Shown piece by piece: positions 1 to 10,152 of a stretch of DNA of 64,000 nt. The DNA is from a bacterium (lineage in GTDB: Bacteria; Zhuqueibacterota; Zhuqueibacteria; Residuimicrobiales; Krinioviventaceae). Position numbers and translations under genes: made by a program. The notes under the pieces were generated by a model. It ran no database searches. It was not told where the DNA came from and was given only the letters and a program-made list of their open reading frames with translations. Position 1 is the first letter of the stretch. The number at the start of each line of letters is the position of its first letter. The stretch spans positions 2,848,001 through 2,912,000 of the forward strand of contig OY843751.1 of assembly GCA_963693055.1 (NCBI GenBank), in the 5' to 3' direction.

Positions 1-331
1 CTTTCAATCCTACCGCATAAAATGACGGAACACCCGGCAAAATCTTAACACCTGTACATTGTTCCGGGTTGTTTGCATAGTCCCAGTAAAATTCAATTAT
101 ACCCCTGTGATCTCTCAAGGCTTCAATTTTATCAATCGTTTCTTGTAATTCTGTAATAATCGTTACATTAAATACCCTGTAAGGAATACCGGTAAATATT
201 AAACGGGGTTTTCTGTTTTGCTGTATTTGAATCACAAAAGAACGCTTTGAATTTATTGAGACCTGTGAAACCTCAAAATATTTGAAATTTGTTTCACTTA
301 AATTATATTTTAGTTTTAAAACGTCTGTCAT
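1..331 (-). CDS. Dit-like tail protein paralog, partial (runs off the window; absent from the ORF track)
   Basis: Manual translation from ATG at 331 gives MTDVLKLKY...QNRKPRL...FYWDYANNPEQCTGVKILPGVPSFYAVGLK, which aligns with 331..714. Confidence 0.8.
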   Translation of the reverse strand, partial: MTDVLKLKYNLSETNFKYFEVSQVSINSKRSFVIQIQQNRKPRLIFTGIPYRVFNVTIITELQETIDKIEALRDHRGIIEFYWDYANNPEQCTGVKILPGVPSFYAVGLK

Positions 332-714
332 TAAATCGCCTCGATTTCAACAAAAGTGATTTCAATTTCCTGATTTGCCGCAACCAAACCAACATTATAG
401 AAAAATGGCAATTCAGGAATCAATTTAACAGTAGTGCATTGACCGGGGTTATTTTGATAATCCCAGTACAAAGATAATTGCCCGGTCAAACTGTTTATAA
501 AATTAATCTTTTCGATTGTCTCGGTTGTAAATGTAAAAAATGTTACAATAAATTTTCTCGTATTAACCCCCCAATATTGCAAGTGGGGTTTTCTGTTTTG
601 ATATTTTTGTATTATGAATTCCCGGCTTGTTTGTATCTCAACTTTATTAATTGAAAATTCATCAAATAACAAGGAATCAGATTCATCATATACAATATTT
701 AAAATATCTGCCAA
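331..714 (-). CDS. Putative distal-tail (Dit)-like protein
   Basis: 127 aa in the tail module; similar to 3727..4110 and 1..331. Confidence 0.6.
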   Translation of the reverse strand: MADILNIVYDESDSLLFDEFSINKVEIQTSREFIIQKYQNRKPHLQYWGVNTRKFIVTFFTFTTETIEKINFINSLTGQLSLYWDYQNNPGQCTTVKLIPELPFFYNVGLVAANQEIEITFVEIEAI

Positions 715-718
715 GTCA

Positions 719-3700
719 TTAACTCCAAGTTGTTTCTGGAATATCTAACGCTTCAAACTCAAAGTAAACACCATTATCAAATATGATGGATTTTGATGTA
801 ATTGTGGTCAATAACTCAAATTCTGGGGAATCACTTTTTATCTTTATTTTATCACCAATTTGCAAGCTATAACCCCGTAAATCAGTATTAAAGACAACGC
901 CCCTTATACCGTCCCTGTGAATATTGAATTTTATTCCCGCTACATAATCCGCTAAACTCTCTGAATAAATTCCCGGCAAATACAGCTCCCCAGAAATTAG
1001 AATACCAGTTCTCCAATAGCTTTTATTTTTCCGGTCTGTACCCTCAAAGGTTTTATTGTTTAAATATTCCCCTGTCAGGAAATCCAAACCCCAAAATAAA
1101 TTAATATCATTAACCATTTCGTAATTCTTAAAATACGGGTCAGGAATCAACAACCCCGAATCACTATCAATTTCTATAGGTGTTTCTGATCTCTCCCGGA
1201 ATGAGAAAACATTTTCCCGGCCCCAACTATCTGGGTATGTAAACGCATCAAAATGCCCCCCAATGGTTTCAATGGCTTCAAGTACAGTAATTTCCCTTTC
1301 CATTGTAATAGAAATAGCTATACTGTTGTTTTCACAATACAAATATTCAGCATCAAAATTGTAATCTAAATCAGGGCTTGAAATTTGTTCCCAAATCACA
1401 TTAGAACCCGCCGCCTTAGTTGTACCAGAATACGCGCTTGCAAGATTCAATGTTATAAAAGGCGGGTAACTGTTTTGAATATCCATTCCCGAAACGGTTA
1501 CGCTTGTACCGTTAATACTCAATGAATGTCCATTTTTCAAAAATACCGGTATTTGTACATCTATTGTTACAACTGTAGCACCCGGAACCAATGCCCCCCG
1601 CAATGTTCCTATAGTTTTTTCCCCAAAATAACTACTCCCATTAATTGATTTTTTGGGAATACCTGCGTAATTAACAAGTAAATCATAAAGGATATTTACA
1701 GGGTTTTCATTCTCCCATGAAACACCTGTTGTAAAAGTTATAACATCCCCGCCACCTATCGAACCGCCCCAAGCCGCCGGGGTTATGGTTAATTGTTCGC
1801 CTTGTGTACTAAATTTTTCTGTTGAATATTTGTACACATTAAAACCTGATGAACCGGGGTAATAAATGTAACCAGATTCAACCACTAACCACATATTGTA
1901 TGAACCTACATAATCAGGAGGACAAGCTGGCGAATATATTGTTTCGTAATGTACAGGATTTTCCGGGTCTGTGCCTATATCAAATATGGTTATAGCACCA
2001 TCATAGCCATTTATGGAAAATAAAAAACTCCCATCAATATCTAAACCATAACCGCCTAAAAAATACGGTTTTCCATCATAAACAAAAGTATTTGCAATTA
2101 CTGGATTGCTTGGGTCAGAAATGTTTGCAATTACTAATGTACTTTCACCTTTGCCGCCCTTCATGTAGGCGTAATCCCCTAAAATACGAATATTCACACA
2201 ACCCACCGGCAAATCAAACACAGTTACTAATGTCGGGGCTGTAGGTGTTGTGTTGATGTCAAAAATAACCAATTTTTTATATGTTGGTGAAACGGTGTAT
2301 AAATAATCCCCATCAATTACAGATTCGTAACATTGAATCATATAATAAGGATATTCTTGCCCACCAATCCTTGTAACATAGGTTATATTGTAGGGATCAC
2401 TGATATTGAAAATATATACATAATCGTGCCCGGTTGCATAAAGATAATTTCCGTTAACAATTGCAGTATAAAAAAAAGCGTCATCAGGAACACCATTTTG
2501 CCCCGCTACAATTGAACCTGCATAGCTTGGTGTTAAAACATTACCAACAAGAATGCATTGTATTGCACCTACAACGTCACTACCAACAGGGTAATCGTGA
2601 ACAATAAAAACATAATTATCTTTTTTTGTAACACTGCTATAAAAAACAAATTCATCTGAATATGATGTTTCTGACCTACAAATCACATTTTCTGGGTCAT
2701 CAACATCTAAAATTACAAGGTCTCTGCTGTTCGTACCTGCCAAATAAATATATCTATTATCTTTAATGTATTGATAAAAAACACTGTCTAAAGCATCGAC
2801 CTCACTTCTGCCAATTAACCCAAGCAACCGGTTACAACTTCTCCCGGTTTCTCCCGGCCCTTTTAATGTATAGTCAGTTGTACCGTTAAATGTTGCAGAC
2901 CATTGCCCTAATTTGCAACCAGATTTAGGGTAAACCTCTGAAATATCAAAGGTCGGGTTTATTTCATCATTCCAATAACTAGAATCAATCAGGGTGCCGC
3001 TTTCATTTGGTATCATTAATTTTGTACTATCTGTATCGGCACCAGTCAATTCTTTATTCAACAACTCAATTTTATAATCACCAATGGTTACTAACAATTG
3101 TTCGTCAACACTTTCAGGGGATTTCATCATTACCCCCCTGTATAAAATTAAAGGGTTAGCAGTTGAATCACTAACAAGCTGAATTTGAATTGTTTCCCTG
3201 AATGTGTTCATGTATACCAAAGAACCTAATGCAAAGCTACGGCCTACCCTGCCAGTTAACTCAATTGTATCAAAAGTTGCACCGGTGGTAAAACTATTTA
3301 CCGTTACTTGTACGGTACCAATAGAACTCCCCTCCTCATAATCTGGGCCGGTTACCTTGATTGTTTGGCCCGCATGAAATTCCACACCCTTAATCTTTTT
3401 AATTTTAATCAAGGTTTCTGAATAATGTACAGATTCATACAATTCAACCTGTACGTTGTAAAAAGGGCTTTTTGAATTGTATGGGTTTAAAAACCCGTCC
3501 GGGTCTTTTAATGAAACCGATACATCTTTTAAAATTGGCCTACGTTCATAGTTTACACTCAATTCACGTTCGGTAATTATTTGCGTACATGAATCAATTC
3601 CGTATCTACCGGATAAAATCACATTTCTATTTTCAGGGTCTAAAACAAATTCTAATGAAAGCGATAAACCTGCAACTTTCTCTATAGCATTTTTCCAGTC

Positions 3701-3739
3701 TGTAGGTAAATTTGTGTAATCTGGCATTATTTCAAGCAC
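719..3739 (-). CDS. Tail tip/baseplate hub protein with inserted LVIVD-repeat beta-propeller
   Basis: Second gene after the TMP; repeats LVILDVDDP, VYIFNISDP, LVIFDINTTP, LVIANISDP, ITIFDIGTDP. Confidence 0.75.
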   Translation of the reverse strand: MLEIMPDYTNLPTDWKNAIEKVAGLSLSLEFVLDPENRNVILSGRYGIDSCTQIITERELSVNYERRPILKDVSVSLKDPDGFLNPYNSKSPFYNVQVELYESVHYSETLIKIKKIKGVEFHAGQTIKVTGPDYEEGSSIGTVQVTVNSFTTGATFDTIELTGRVGRSFALGSLVYMNTFRETIQIQLVSDSTANPLILYRGVMMKSPESVDEQLLVTIGDYKIELLNKELTGADTDSTKLMIPNESGTLIDSSYWNDEINPTFDISEVYPKSGCKLGQWSATFNGTTDYTLKGPGETGRSCNRLLGLIGRSEVDALDSVFYQYIKDNRYIYLAGTNSRDLVILDVDDPENVICRSETSYSDEFVFYSSVTKKDNYVFIVHDYPVGSDVVGAIQCILVGNVLTPSYAGSIVAGQNGVPDDAFFYTAIVNGNYLYATGHDYVYIFNISDPYNITYVTRIGGQEYPYYMIQCYESVIDGDYLYTVSPTYKKLVIFDINTTPTAPTLVTVFDLPVGCVNIRILGDYAYMKGGKGESTLVIANISDPSNPVIANTFVYDGKPYFLGGYGLDIDGSFLFSINGYDGAITIFDIGTDPENPVHYETIYSPACPPDYVGSYNMWLVVESGYIYYPGSSGFNVYKYSTEKFSTQGEQLTITPAAWGGSIGGGDVITFTTGVSWENENPVNILYDLLVNYAGIPKKSINGSSYFGEKTIGTLRGALVPGATVVTIDVQIPVFLKNGHSLSINGTSVTVSGMDIQNSYPPFITLNLASAYSGTTKAAGSNVIWEQISSPDLDYNFDAEYLYCENNSIAISITMEREITVLEAIETIGGHFDAFTYPDSWGRENVFSFRERSETPIEIDSDSGLLIPDPYFKNYEMVNDINLFWGLDFLTGEYLNNKTFEGTDRKNKSYWRTGILISGELYLPGIYSESLADYVAGIKFNIHRDGIRGVVFNTDLRGYSLQIGDKIKIKSDSPEFELLTTITSKSIIFDNGVYFEFEALDIPETTWS

Positions 3740-4110
3740 TCCATAAAAGTTAAATTATGTTCAATATTTGCCGCCGGTTGGCCATAATAAAATAATTGCT
3801 CATTGTATTCAGGATATAAAAAGGCGGTTATCTTTTTACTTTCATCATTTTGATATTGGTAATAAATATCCATTTCTTGACATTCATCAACAATCTGTTT
3901 GATCTTATCTTTTGTAGTTCTGTATTTCTCATAAAATGTCAATGTTAAAACATTCCATTCATCACCTTTTGTTTTCAAGTCTGGTAATTGCTTGTCATTC
4001 CCCAGTAACTCACATTCAGTTGTTGGTACTAATTTTCCTGCAATGGCTTCATCTTGCAAAAAGTCAATGTTTGTACCGTCTTTTAAAACTATTTTAACAG
4101 CTATTCCCAT
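3727..4110 (-). CDS. Distal tail protein (Dit)-like
   Basis: 127 aa immediately downstream of the TMP, the canonical Dit position. Confidence 0.6.
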   Translation of the reverse strand: MGIAVKIVLKDGTNIDFLQDEAIAGKLVPTTECELLGNDKQLPDLKTKGDEWNVLTLTFYEKYRTTKDKIKQIVDECQEMDIYYQYQNDESKKITAFLYPEYNEQLFYYGQPAANIEHNLTFMECLK

Positions 4111-4128
4111 TTTTCAAAAACTCCATTA

Positions 4129-7100
4129 TTACGGTTTAAATGGTTCTCTGGTTGTCTGCCTGTTGCGTTCATTAAACTTAATTCTTGGTTGTATCGTGTT
4201 ATCTACGTACTCATATTCCCAAGTAGTCCGGGGGCCGGGATTTTTGATAATCACAGTAGGCGGGTTAATTACCGGGTTAAAATTTATTTGACCTTTAGAA
4301 TTACCCAATACTGTAGAATCGAGAGTATTATTAAAAGCCGCTAAACGGTCGGCCCCAAATTTGGATGTTACGTCACGTCTCAAGATAAATTCATTAGCCT
4401 GTACGGTTGCAAGTCTTTCATCTGAATTTAAACCGCCTGAATGAAATTTCACCAAGTTCCCACGTTTATCATAATTTTTTCGGCCCTTAACTTCATTTTC
4501 TTCTAAACCACTTAAATATATTTTGAGTTTTTTAAGCTCATTTTTGGCTTCTGAAATATCAACATTTAGTGTAATGATCTTGTCAAAAACTTCTTTCATT
4601 TTTCCATCTACAACGTCCAAATCATCAAGCAAGGGTTGAATCTCTGCAGTAAATTCAATTTCATTTTGTTGATATTCTCCTAATAATTCATCAAGAATAC
4701 CCTGTAAATATGACCCTCCATCTGATACGTCTTGCTCAAACATTTCTGTTGCCGCATCCCTGTCAATAACTCCACCCATTGCCTGATATTGTTTTATTAA
4801 AGCGTCAAGTTGTTTTTTATAATCTCTATAGGCTTCGCTGTCAGGATCAAGCGTACCTAAAAAATCTTGCATCCTAACAATTGCAGAATTGATTTCGCCC
4901 TCAACTCCAGAACCCTCTAAATCTTCGCCGAAATATGATAATTTACTCAAAGCATCCGCCGCTAAATCCATATCTGACGTAAAATTATCATAATCTTGAA
5001 AAAGATTATCCAGTAACCCACTCCACTCTATATTTAATCGCTTTGTAACTCCTGTGATTTCTTCAAGTATCTCATACAGTTCATAAAAGCCGCCCAAGTT
5101 TCCATGATCCTGCATCATTTCCAAAATAGATTTTTCTTTAAATTGTTCAGGCTCAATGGTAGCAGTATCCCCACCAAACATTTGATGGAAATGATTTTGG
5201 AATGCATCCCTATTATATCCAAAAAGTTCATTCATGTCTGTTACTTGATATTTTGACATTAAATATTCTTGTAATCCCTCGTCATTGAATCCTGAAAAAA
5301 TATCAAGGTTATCAATTTTACCCTGTACCCCCTCCATTTCTAACTCAAGTTCAAGCTGAATTTTATCAAAAGCCTCTTGCTTTTCGTTTATCTCTGCAAT
5401 GATGTCTTTACGTTGTTGGAAAAGGTCGTCAAATTCCGCCTTGAGTTCGGCCCTCAATTCAACTTTTTCATTGATCTCATTTTTAAGGGCTTCCACTTCC
5501 TCCCGTGTGGCTTCAATTTCTTTTTGTTGTTCTTGATAACTGTTATTGGTGGATGTTGTCATTTCATCCGTACCATATTGCAAATCGTACATTCTTGCAA
5601 TTAACGCATCAAGTTCCGCTTTTAAATCTTTATATGCTTGAGAATCCGGGTTTAATTTTGAAAGTTCGTCTTGCATGCCCTTAATGATTTGGCCAACACG
5701 CTCATCCATGTCTGTTTCATCAAAATCAATCCCGTAATATTCCATCTGGTCAAGTATCGCATTAGCTTCCGCCGCCTTACCAGTAGCAGAATCAAACCCC
5801 TCAAACATGGCAAGATGTACCAATTCCCACATGTCCGCAAGTTTTTTAACCGCTTCGGTTTGTTCTTCTACATTTTCGGTAGTATCTTCAAGCTGTATGT
5901 TATGATCTATCAAATATTCATCTAAAGTAGCATATTCACCATTTAAAACCGCAACTGCACCGTGTGCCCTATACACAGACATTGCTAATAGTTGGTATGC
6001 TTCGCTTTGTGGGTCAAGGGTTGCCATTATAGCTAAAGACATATTAATTTGTTCGTTTAATAAATCTATAGCCCCAGAGTAATCATAATTTGGCCCCAAT
6101 AACTCAAAAGCCCGTAAACTTTCCTCAACAAAATAATCAATATTTTCCTTTTGTCCCTCAAAGGCGTAAAGCCCTGCAAACATTGCCGTTAATTTTGCAA
6201 GTTCTTGTTGTGCTTTTTCGGTTAAATCCTCAAGTATAGCAATATTTTTTTCTGCTGAATCTCGAAACGTTTCCGGTATTCTTTGCATTATCGTTTCAAG
6301 GTCTGCAATCTGTTGTAAATATTCATCTATTTGGGCCTCAAGGGTTTCCACCAAACTAGATGAAAAATGCTGTGATAAATCGTCAACAATTTCTTGTGTG
6401 GCAAGGATTTCATCACCAAGTAAACCCATATTGCCAATAATGTCATCAACAGTATACTGTACAATTTCTTTGCTGCCACCGAACAATTCCAGACCGATAT
6501 TAATTGCACCAAGCGCAACAGTAGCAGGATTAAACCCTGATGTAACCATAGTCGCTAAAGATGAACCAATGCTTTTAATCGGTTCGGGGATGCCTGGCAG
6601 TTTTTGTATCATTTGGTCAAGAAATCCCGCATAATCGGCCCACTCATAGTTAGCCGCTTCTGTTGATCCTGCAAGTTTATCCATTGCATCTTTAACCGCT
6701 TGTTGCTCGTCCGGGGTTAACTCATACAAATCTAAAGCACTTTGCAGTCTATCAATATGCTCTTGCTGTGGATCTTTTAAAACATCGTGTGCATCTTTTA
6801 AAACTGCAAGTTTATCTCTATAACCAGAAACAAGTAACGCCCCGTTTGTTAAATATTCATTATAATCTTTTTGAACGGTTCGGGCTTCCCCTGTAACGGT
6901 TGCAATATCGACAAGTGGCTGAGTTTTTAGGTTGTCGGTTAAGGCTTTAGCTGCTCCCGCCGCTGTACCTGTTGCGGTTCCCAAATTTTCAACACTTGTA
7001 CCCAAACTATTTGTAGATTTAACAGATTTGTTTTTGATGTATAAATCAAGTTCCTCAAGTTCATCATAGGAAGCTTGCAACTGGTCGTTTAAATTTTTTG

Positions 7101-8808
7101 TATTATCACTCAAACCTTTCACGCCAAAGGCAAGACTACCTTGACCGCTACCACCAAAACCAGTAACCCCGCCCCTCCCAGAAAGGTTCTTGTTCATCGT
7201 GTCAAGTTTACCATTTGCAGATTTGATTTGTTTCTCAAGTTTTTCAGTTTGTTTCTGTAGTTCCTCTTGCCTTTGCTTTGCAATTTCAATGTTCATGTTA
7301 GCAAATTTTTTGCTTGTTACATCTATCTCAAGCCCTAACTCTGAATAACGTTTTTTCAATTCATCGGTAACGGTTTTCAATTCAATTTGTTGTTGCTCGG
7401 TTAAATCTTGTTCATTCCATAATGTGTTAAATCTACCCTCAAGGGTTTCAAGTGCTGAAATCTCTTCGCTTACACTATCAATTGCATTAACTTTGCTAGA
7501 CCAATAAACATTCATTGCAGAATTTACCGCTGTAATTGCCGCAACAATACCAGCCAAAGCCAAGCCCGCCGGGCCAAAAGGCAAGGATGTAATCATTGTC
7601 AATGCACCGCCTACAGCTCGAATCCCCTTAGCTGTACCGGCTAAACCACCCAAACCAACGGCTAAAGCTGACAGACTTGTAACAACACCCTTAACCGCTC
7701 CGGGGTGGTCGTTTAATACTTCAAGTAAATCTGTCATTATTGGTAAAGCGGTATTTTGTCCGGCTTCGATAAAAGCACCCACAACAACATTCTTTAATAA
7801 TTTAGCCTGATTTTCAAGAGTTCCCATTTGGACCTCAAAAGCCCGATCTGTGGCACCCATTGCGTTATACATGGCCTCGGTCTTTTGCCGCAAAGTATCA
7901 GATTGTGTTCCCGTCAATGCGTAATATGCAAGCATTGCCTCTTTACGGCCTAAAACTTTTCCAATAGATACATCGTATTTTTCCGTATACCCTTTGAGGG
8001 CATCCATAGCATTACCCAGGGTGCCAAACTTTTCAATCAGTTCTTTGCCAGAACCAACACCCAAAGCCTTAAAAGCCGCATCCATTTCGTTAGACCCTTT
8101 AATTAATGCGGTCATAACCGATTCAGCTTGAGTCATTACCTCGGATGTGTTTCCAGTAACACCCGTTAATGTTGCTGTAATACCTGCCAACTCTTCAAAG
8201 TCAATACCCAATTCAGATGCCAACGGAATAGCGCCCTGCATGGATGTTGCAAGTTCTGACATTTTAGTTTGGCCCAACTCGATAGTTTTAAACGCAATAT
8301 CTGAAATCGAACCAACCTCTGACCATTCGTAACCGTACCCTTTAACAACAGCACTAAACAAATTAAAGGTGTCGGATGAATCCGCCACACCTGCAATTGC
8401 ACCTTTTGCGGATTGTTCTAAAACTCGCAAGCTGTCAGATGCGGGTACAGTAGCAGAAACAACCTCATAACCCAAACCCGCCAAAGCTGTTGCGGTAATA
8501 GGAACGCTTTCAGATAATTCTAGCAGATCACCACTTAACTTTTTAAACCCCGCCGGGTCTCCGGTCATCAAGGTGCCTATATCTGCAATCTTAGATTCGT
8601 ATTGCCCCGCCGCTACAACCATAGCACCAAAGGCCGCCGTACCAGCCGCCAAAGCAACGGTTAAAGTTTTATTCATGTTTTTAGCAGAGTTTGCCGCCGC
8701 TGTATCCGCCGCCGTTAATCCTTGCTTGAAATTATCAAGGCCACCAATTCCCAAAAAGGCTACAATATCCCCAACACCCGCAACATTACCAAGTCCGCTA
8801 CCGAACAT
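4129..8808 (-). CDS. Tail tape measure protein (TP901-like core)
   Basis: 1559 aa, Ala/Gly-rich N-terminal TMP core, coiled coils, C-terminal FHSGG...EFIL motif. Confidence 0.93.
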   Translation of the reverse strand: MFGSGLGNVAGVGDIVAFLGIGGLDNFKQGLTAADTAAANSAKNMNKTLTVALAAGTAAFGAMVVAAGQYESKIADIGTLMTGDPAGFKKLSGDLLELSESVPITATALAGLGYEVVSATVPASDSLRVLEQSAKGAIAGVADSSDTFNLFSAVVKGYGYEWSEVGSISDIAFKTIELGQTKMSELATSMQGAIPLASELGIDFEELAGITATLTGVTGNTSEVMTQAESVMTALIKGSNEMDAAFKALGVGSGKELIEKFGTLGNAMDALKGYTEKYDVSIGKVLGRKEAMLAYYALTGTQSDTLRQKTEAMYNAMGATDRAFEVQMGTLENQAKLLKNVVVGAFIEAGQNTALPIMTDLLEVLNDHPGAVKGVVTSLSALAVGLGGLAGTAKGIRAVGGALTMITSLPFGPAGLALAGIVAAITAVNSAMNVYWSSKVNAIDSVSEEISALETLEGRFNTLWNEQDLTEQQQIELKTVTDELKKRYSELGLEIDVTSKKFANMNIEIAKQRQEELQKQTEKLEKQIKSANGKLDTMNKNLSGRGGVTGFGGSGQGSLAFGVKGLSDNTKNLNDQLQASYDELEELDLYIKNKSVKSTNSLGTSVENLGTATGTAAGAAKALTDNLKTQPLVDIATVTGEARTVQKDYNEYLTNGALLVSGYRDKLAVLKDAHDVLKDPQQEHIDRLQSALDLYELTPDEQQAVKDAMDKLAGSTEAANYEWADYAGFLDQMIQKLPGIPEPIKSIGSSLATMVTSGFNPATVALGAINIGLELFGGSKEIVQYTVDDIIGNMGLLGDEILATQEIVDDLSQHFSSSLVETLEAQIDEYLQQIADLETIMQRIPETFRDSAEKNIAILEDLTEKAQQELAKLTAMFAGLYAFEGQKENIDYFVEESLRAFELLGPNYDYSGAIDLLNEQINMSLAIMATLDPQSEAYQLLAMSVYRAHGAVAVLNGEYATLDEYLIDHNIQLEDTTENVEEQTEAVKKLADMWELVHLAMFEGFDSATGKAAEANAILDQMEYYGIDFDETDMDERVGQIIKGMQDELSKLNPDSQAYKDLKAELDALIARMYDLQYGTDEMTTSTNNSYQEQQKEIEATREEVEALKNEINEKVELRAELKAEFDDLFQQRKDIIAEINEKQEAFDKIQLELELEMEGVQGKIDNLDIFSGFNDEGLQEYLMSKYQVTDMNELFGYNRDAFQNHFHQMFGGDTATIEPEQFKEKSILEMMQDHGNLGGFYELYEILEEITGVTKRLNIEWSGLLDNLFQDYDNFTSDMDLAADALSKLSYFGEDLEGSGVEGEINSAIVRMQDFLGTLDPDSEAYRDYKKQLDALIKQYQAMGGVIDRDAATEMFEQDVSDGGSYLQGILDELLGEYQQNEIEFTAEIQPLLDDLDVVDGKMKEVFDKIITLNVDISEAKNELKKLKIYLSGLEENEVKGRKNYDKRGNLVKFHSGGLNSDERLATVQANEFILRRDVTSKFGADRLAAFNNTLDSTVLGNSKGQINFNPVINPPTVIIKNPGPRTTWEYEYVDNTIQPRIKFNERNRQTTREPFKP

Positions 8809-8827
8809 AAATCAACCACCTCACAAT

Positions 8828-8871
8828 AAAAAACCCCGACCCAAATCAATAAATGATTATAGGCCGGGGTT
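8828..8871 (-). terminator. Terminator-like hairpin before the TMP gene
   Basis: aaccccg...cggggtt inverted repeat followed by a U-run on the minus strand. Confidence 0.5.
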
Positions 8872-8892
8872 AATGAAATTTTCTGTAATTTG

Positions 8893-9234
8893 TTATTCTG
8901 AATAAACCGTTACTGATCTTTCAGAATCTTGTTCAACAATCAATTTGCTATTTTTTTCAAAAATAGAATCAATATTAGCACCTTTAGTATTAGCGTAAAA
9001 TGTACAAGCAATATCCGTATAGTGCCTTTGTATCTTATATAAATCCCTCTCAATAAAATTCAGGATTTGTTCATCTGTGTTTACATATTCATGTAGTGAA
9101 TTTATTAGAAATGCCCGTCTGTACGGGTTTTCTAAATCGCTAATTAGCCGGGGGTCGAATGGGCCGTTATAATTAAACTTTTCAGCAATTGCAACTTGTA
9201 AATCCCATTCCGGTATTTCCCCGGCCTGTATTAG
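8893..9234 (-). CDS. Tail assembly chaperone GT extension (-1 frameshift product)
   Basis: 113 open codons with no ATG (LIQAGEIPEWDLQ...SVTVYSE*) in the -1 frame after the slippery A_AAA_AAC at 9240-9234. Confidence 0.8.
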   Translation of the reverse strand, partial: LIQAGEIPEWDLQVAIAEKFNYNGPFDPRLISDLENPYRRAFLINSLHEYVNTDEQILNFIERDLYKIQRHYTDIACTFYANTKGANIDSIFEKNSKLIVEQDSERSVTVYSE

Positions 9235-9866
9235 TTTTTTACTTTACTATTCACCTCACGCATTTTATTAGCAAGGCCCAAATAAGCACCATAAATGGCA
9301 GTTTTAACCTCTGGATTTACTGCTATAATTTCCCTGAATTGCTCTTGCTTTTCATAATCCGATAAAAGCAGTTCTTTTGTTTCTACACTTTTAATATATT
9401 TTGGAACAAATTCAAGCACCGCATGATCTTTGGTAGTATTCCTTGCTACTTGATGGGCTAAACTTTCAGGTCTTTTTTTGTTAAGTGATAACCTGAAATC
9501 CTGCACCTCTTTTAAAATCTGCTTGGTTGTTTTCTGCTGACCCTTGTCAAGTTTTTCATTTTCAGCTTTTAAAATACCCTCTCTCACTACACAGGCACCT
9601 TTTACATGGGCATCCCATTCGATTGTATTAATGGGTCTTTTTCCTAGCCCTAATTCAATATTATCAACAAGGGCCATCTGGTAGATTTTTTCTTCATCCC
9701 TTGCCATATTTAACCAATCCGACCCGGTTAAAAACGCCCGGATTGTATTACCCTCTGAAATAGGAATATCAAACTCGAATTTTACTACTCGTTCCTTGTT
9801 TGCATTAAATAACAAATCTAAAGGATTTTTCACGTCATCGCTGTTAATATCAACCACATTACTCAT
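9231..9866 (-). CDS. Tail assembly chaperone (G-like)
   Basis: Lies between tail tube and TMP; ends GTA AAA AAC TAA. Confidence 0.8.
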   Translation of the reverse strand: MSNVVDINSDDVKNPLDLLFNANKERVVKFEFDIPISEGNTIRAFLTGSDWLNMARDEEKIYQMALVDNIELGLGKRPINTIEWDAHVKGACVVREGILKAENEKLDKGQQKTTKQILKEVQDFRLSLNKKRPESLAHQVARNTTKDHAVLEFVPKYIKSVETKELLLSDYEKQEQFREIIAVNPEVKTAIYGAYLGLANKMREVNSKVKN

Positions 9867-9868
9867 TT

Positions 9869-10144
9869 TTAATTTCTCCCTGTAGCTTCTTTTACTTTGT
9901 CGTGTACATTTCTCTTTAACTCTAAATATTTTTCTTTTAACTGAATCGGGTTTACTTTAAACTCGGGCAATTTTATTTTGTCCGAAATATCTTTAGGTAA
10001 ATCATTCCAAACTATTGCAATAGTAACGGCCCGTTTAAAGCCGTTACTATGCACAGGAATAAAACTACTCGGTTCATACCCAAGCAAAATAATTGTTGCC
10101 GCTTCAAATAAACAGTCTGTACTATATGAACCTTTTTCCATCAT
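9869..10144 (-). CDS. Small phage protein, DUF5659-like
   Basis: YSTDCLFEAATIILLGYE resembles the DUF5659 N-terminal motif. Confidence 0.5.
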   Translation of the reverse strand: MMEKGSYSTDCLFEAATIILLGYEPSSFIPVHSNGFKRAVTIAIVWNDLPKDISDKIKLPEFKVNPIQLKEKYLELKRNVHDKVKEATGRN

Positions 10145-10152
10145 AAAGCCCT

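Noticed and set aside
1-714. Diversity-generating retroelement TR/VR pair
   Set aside because: The similarity is protein-level paralogy without adenine-specific differences, and no reverse transcriptase is in the window
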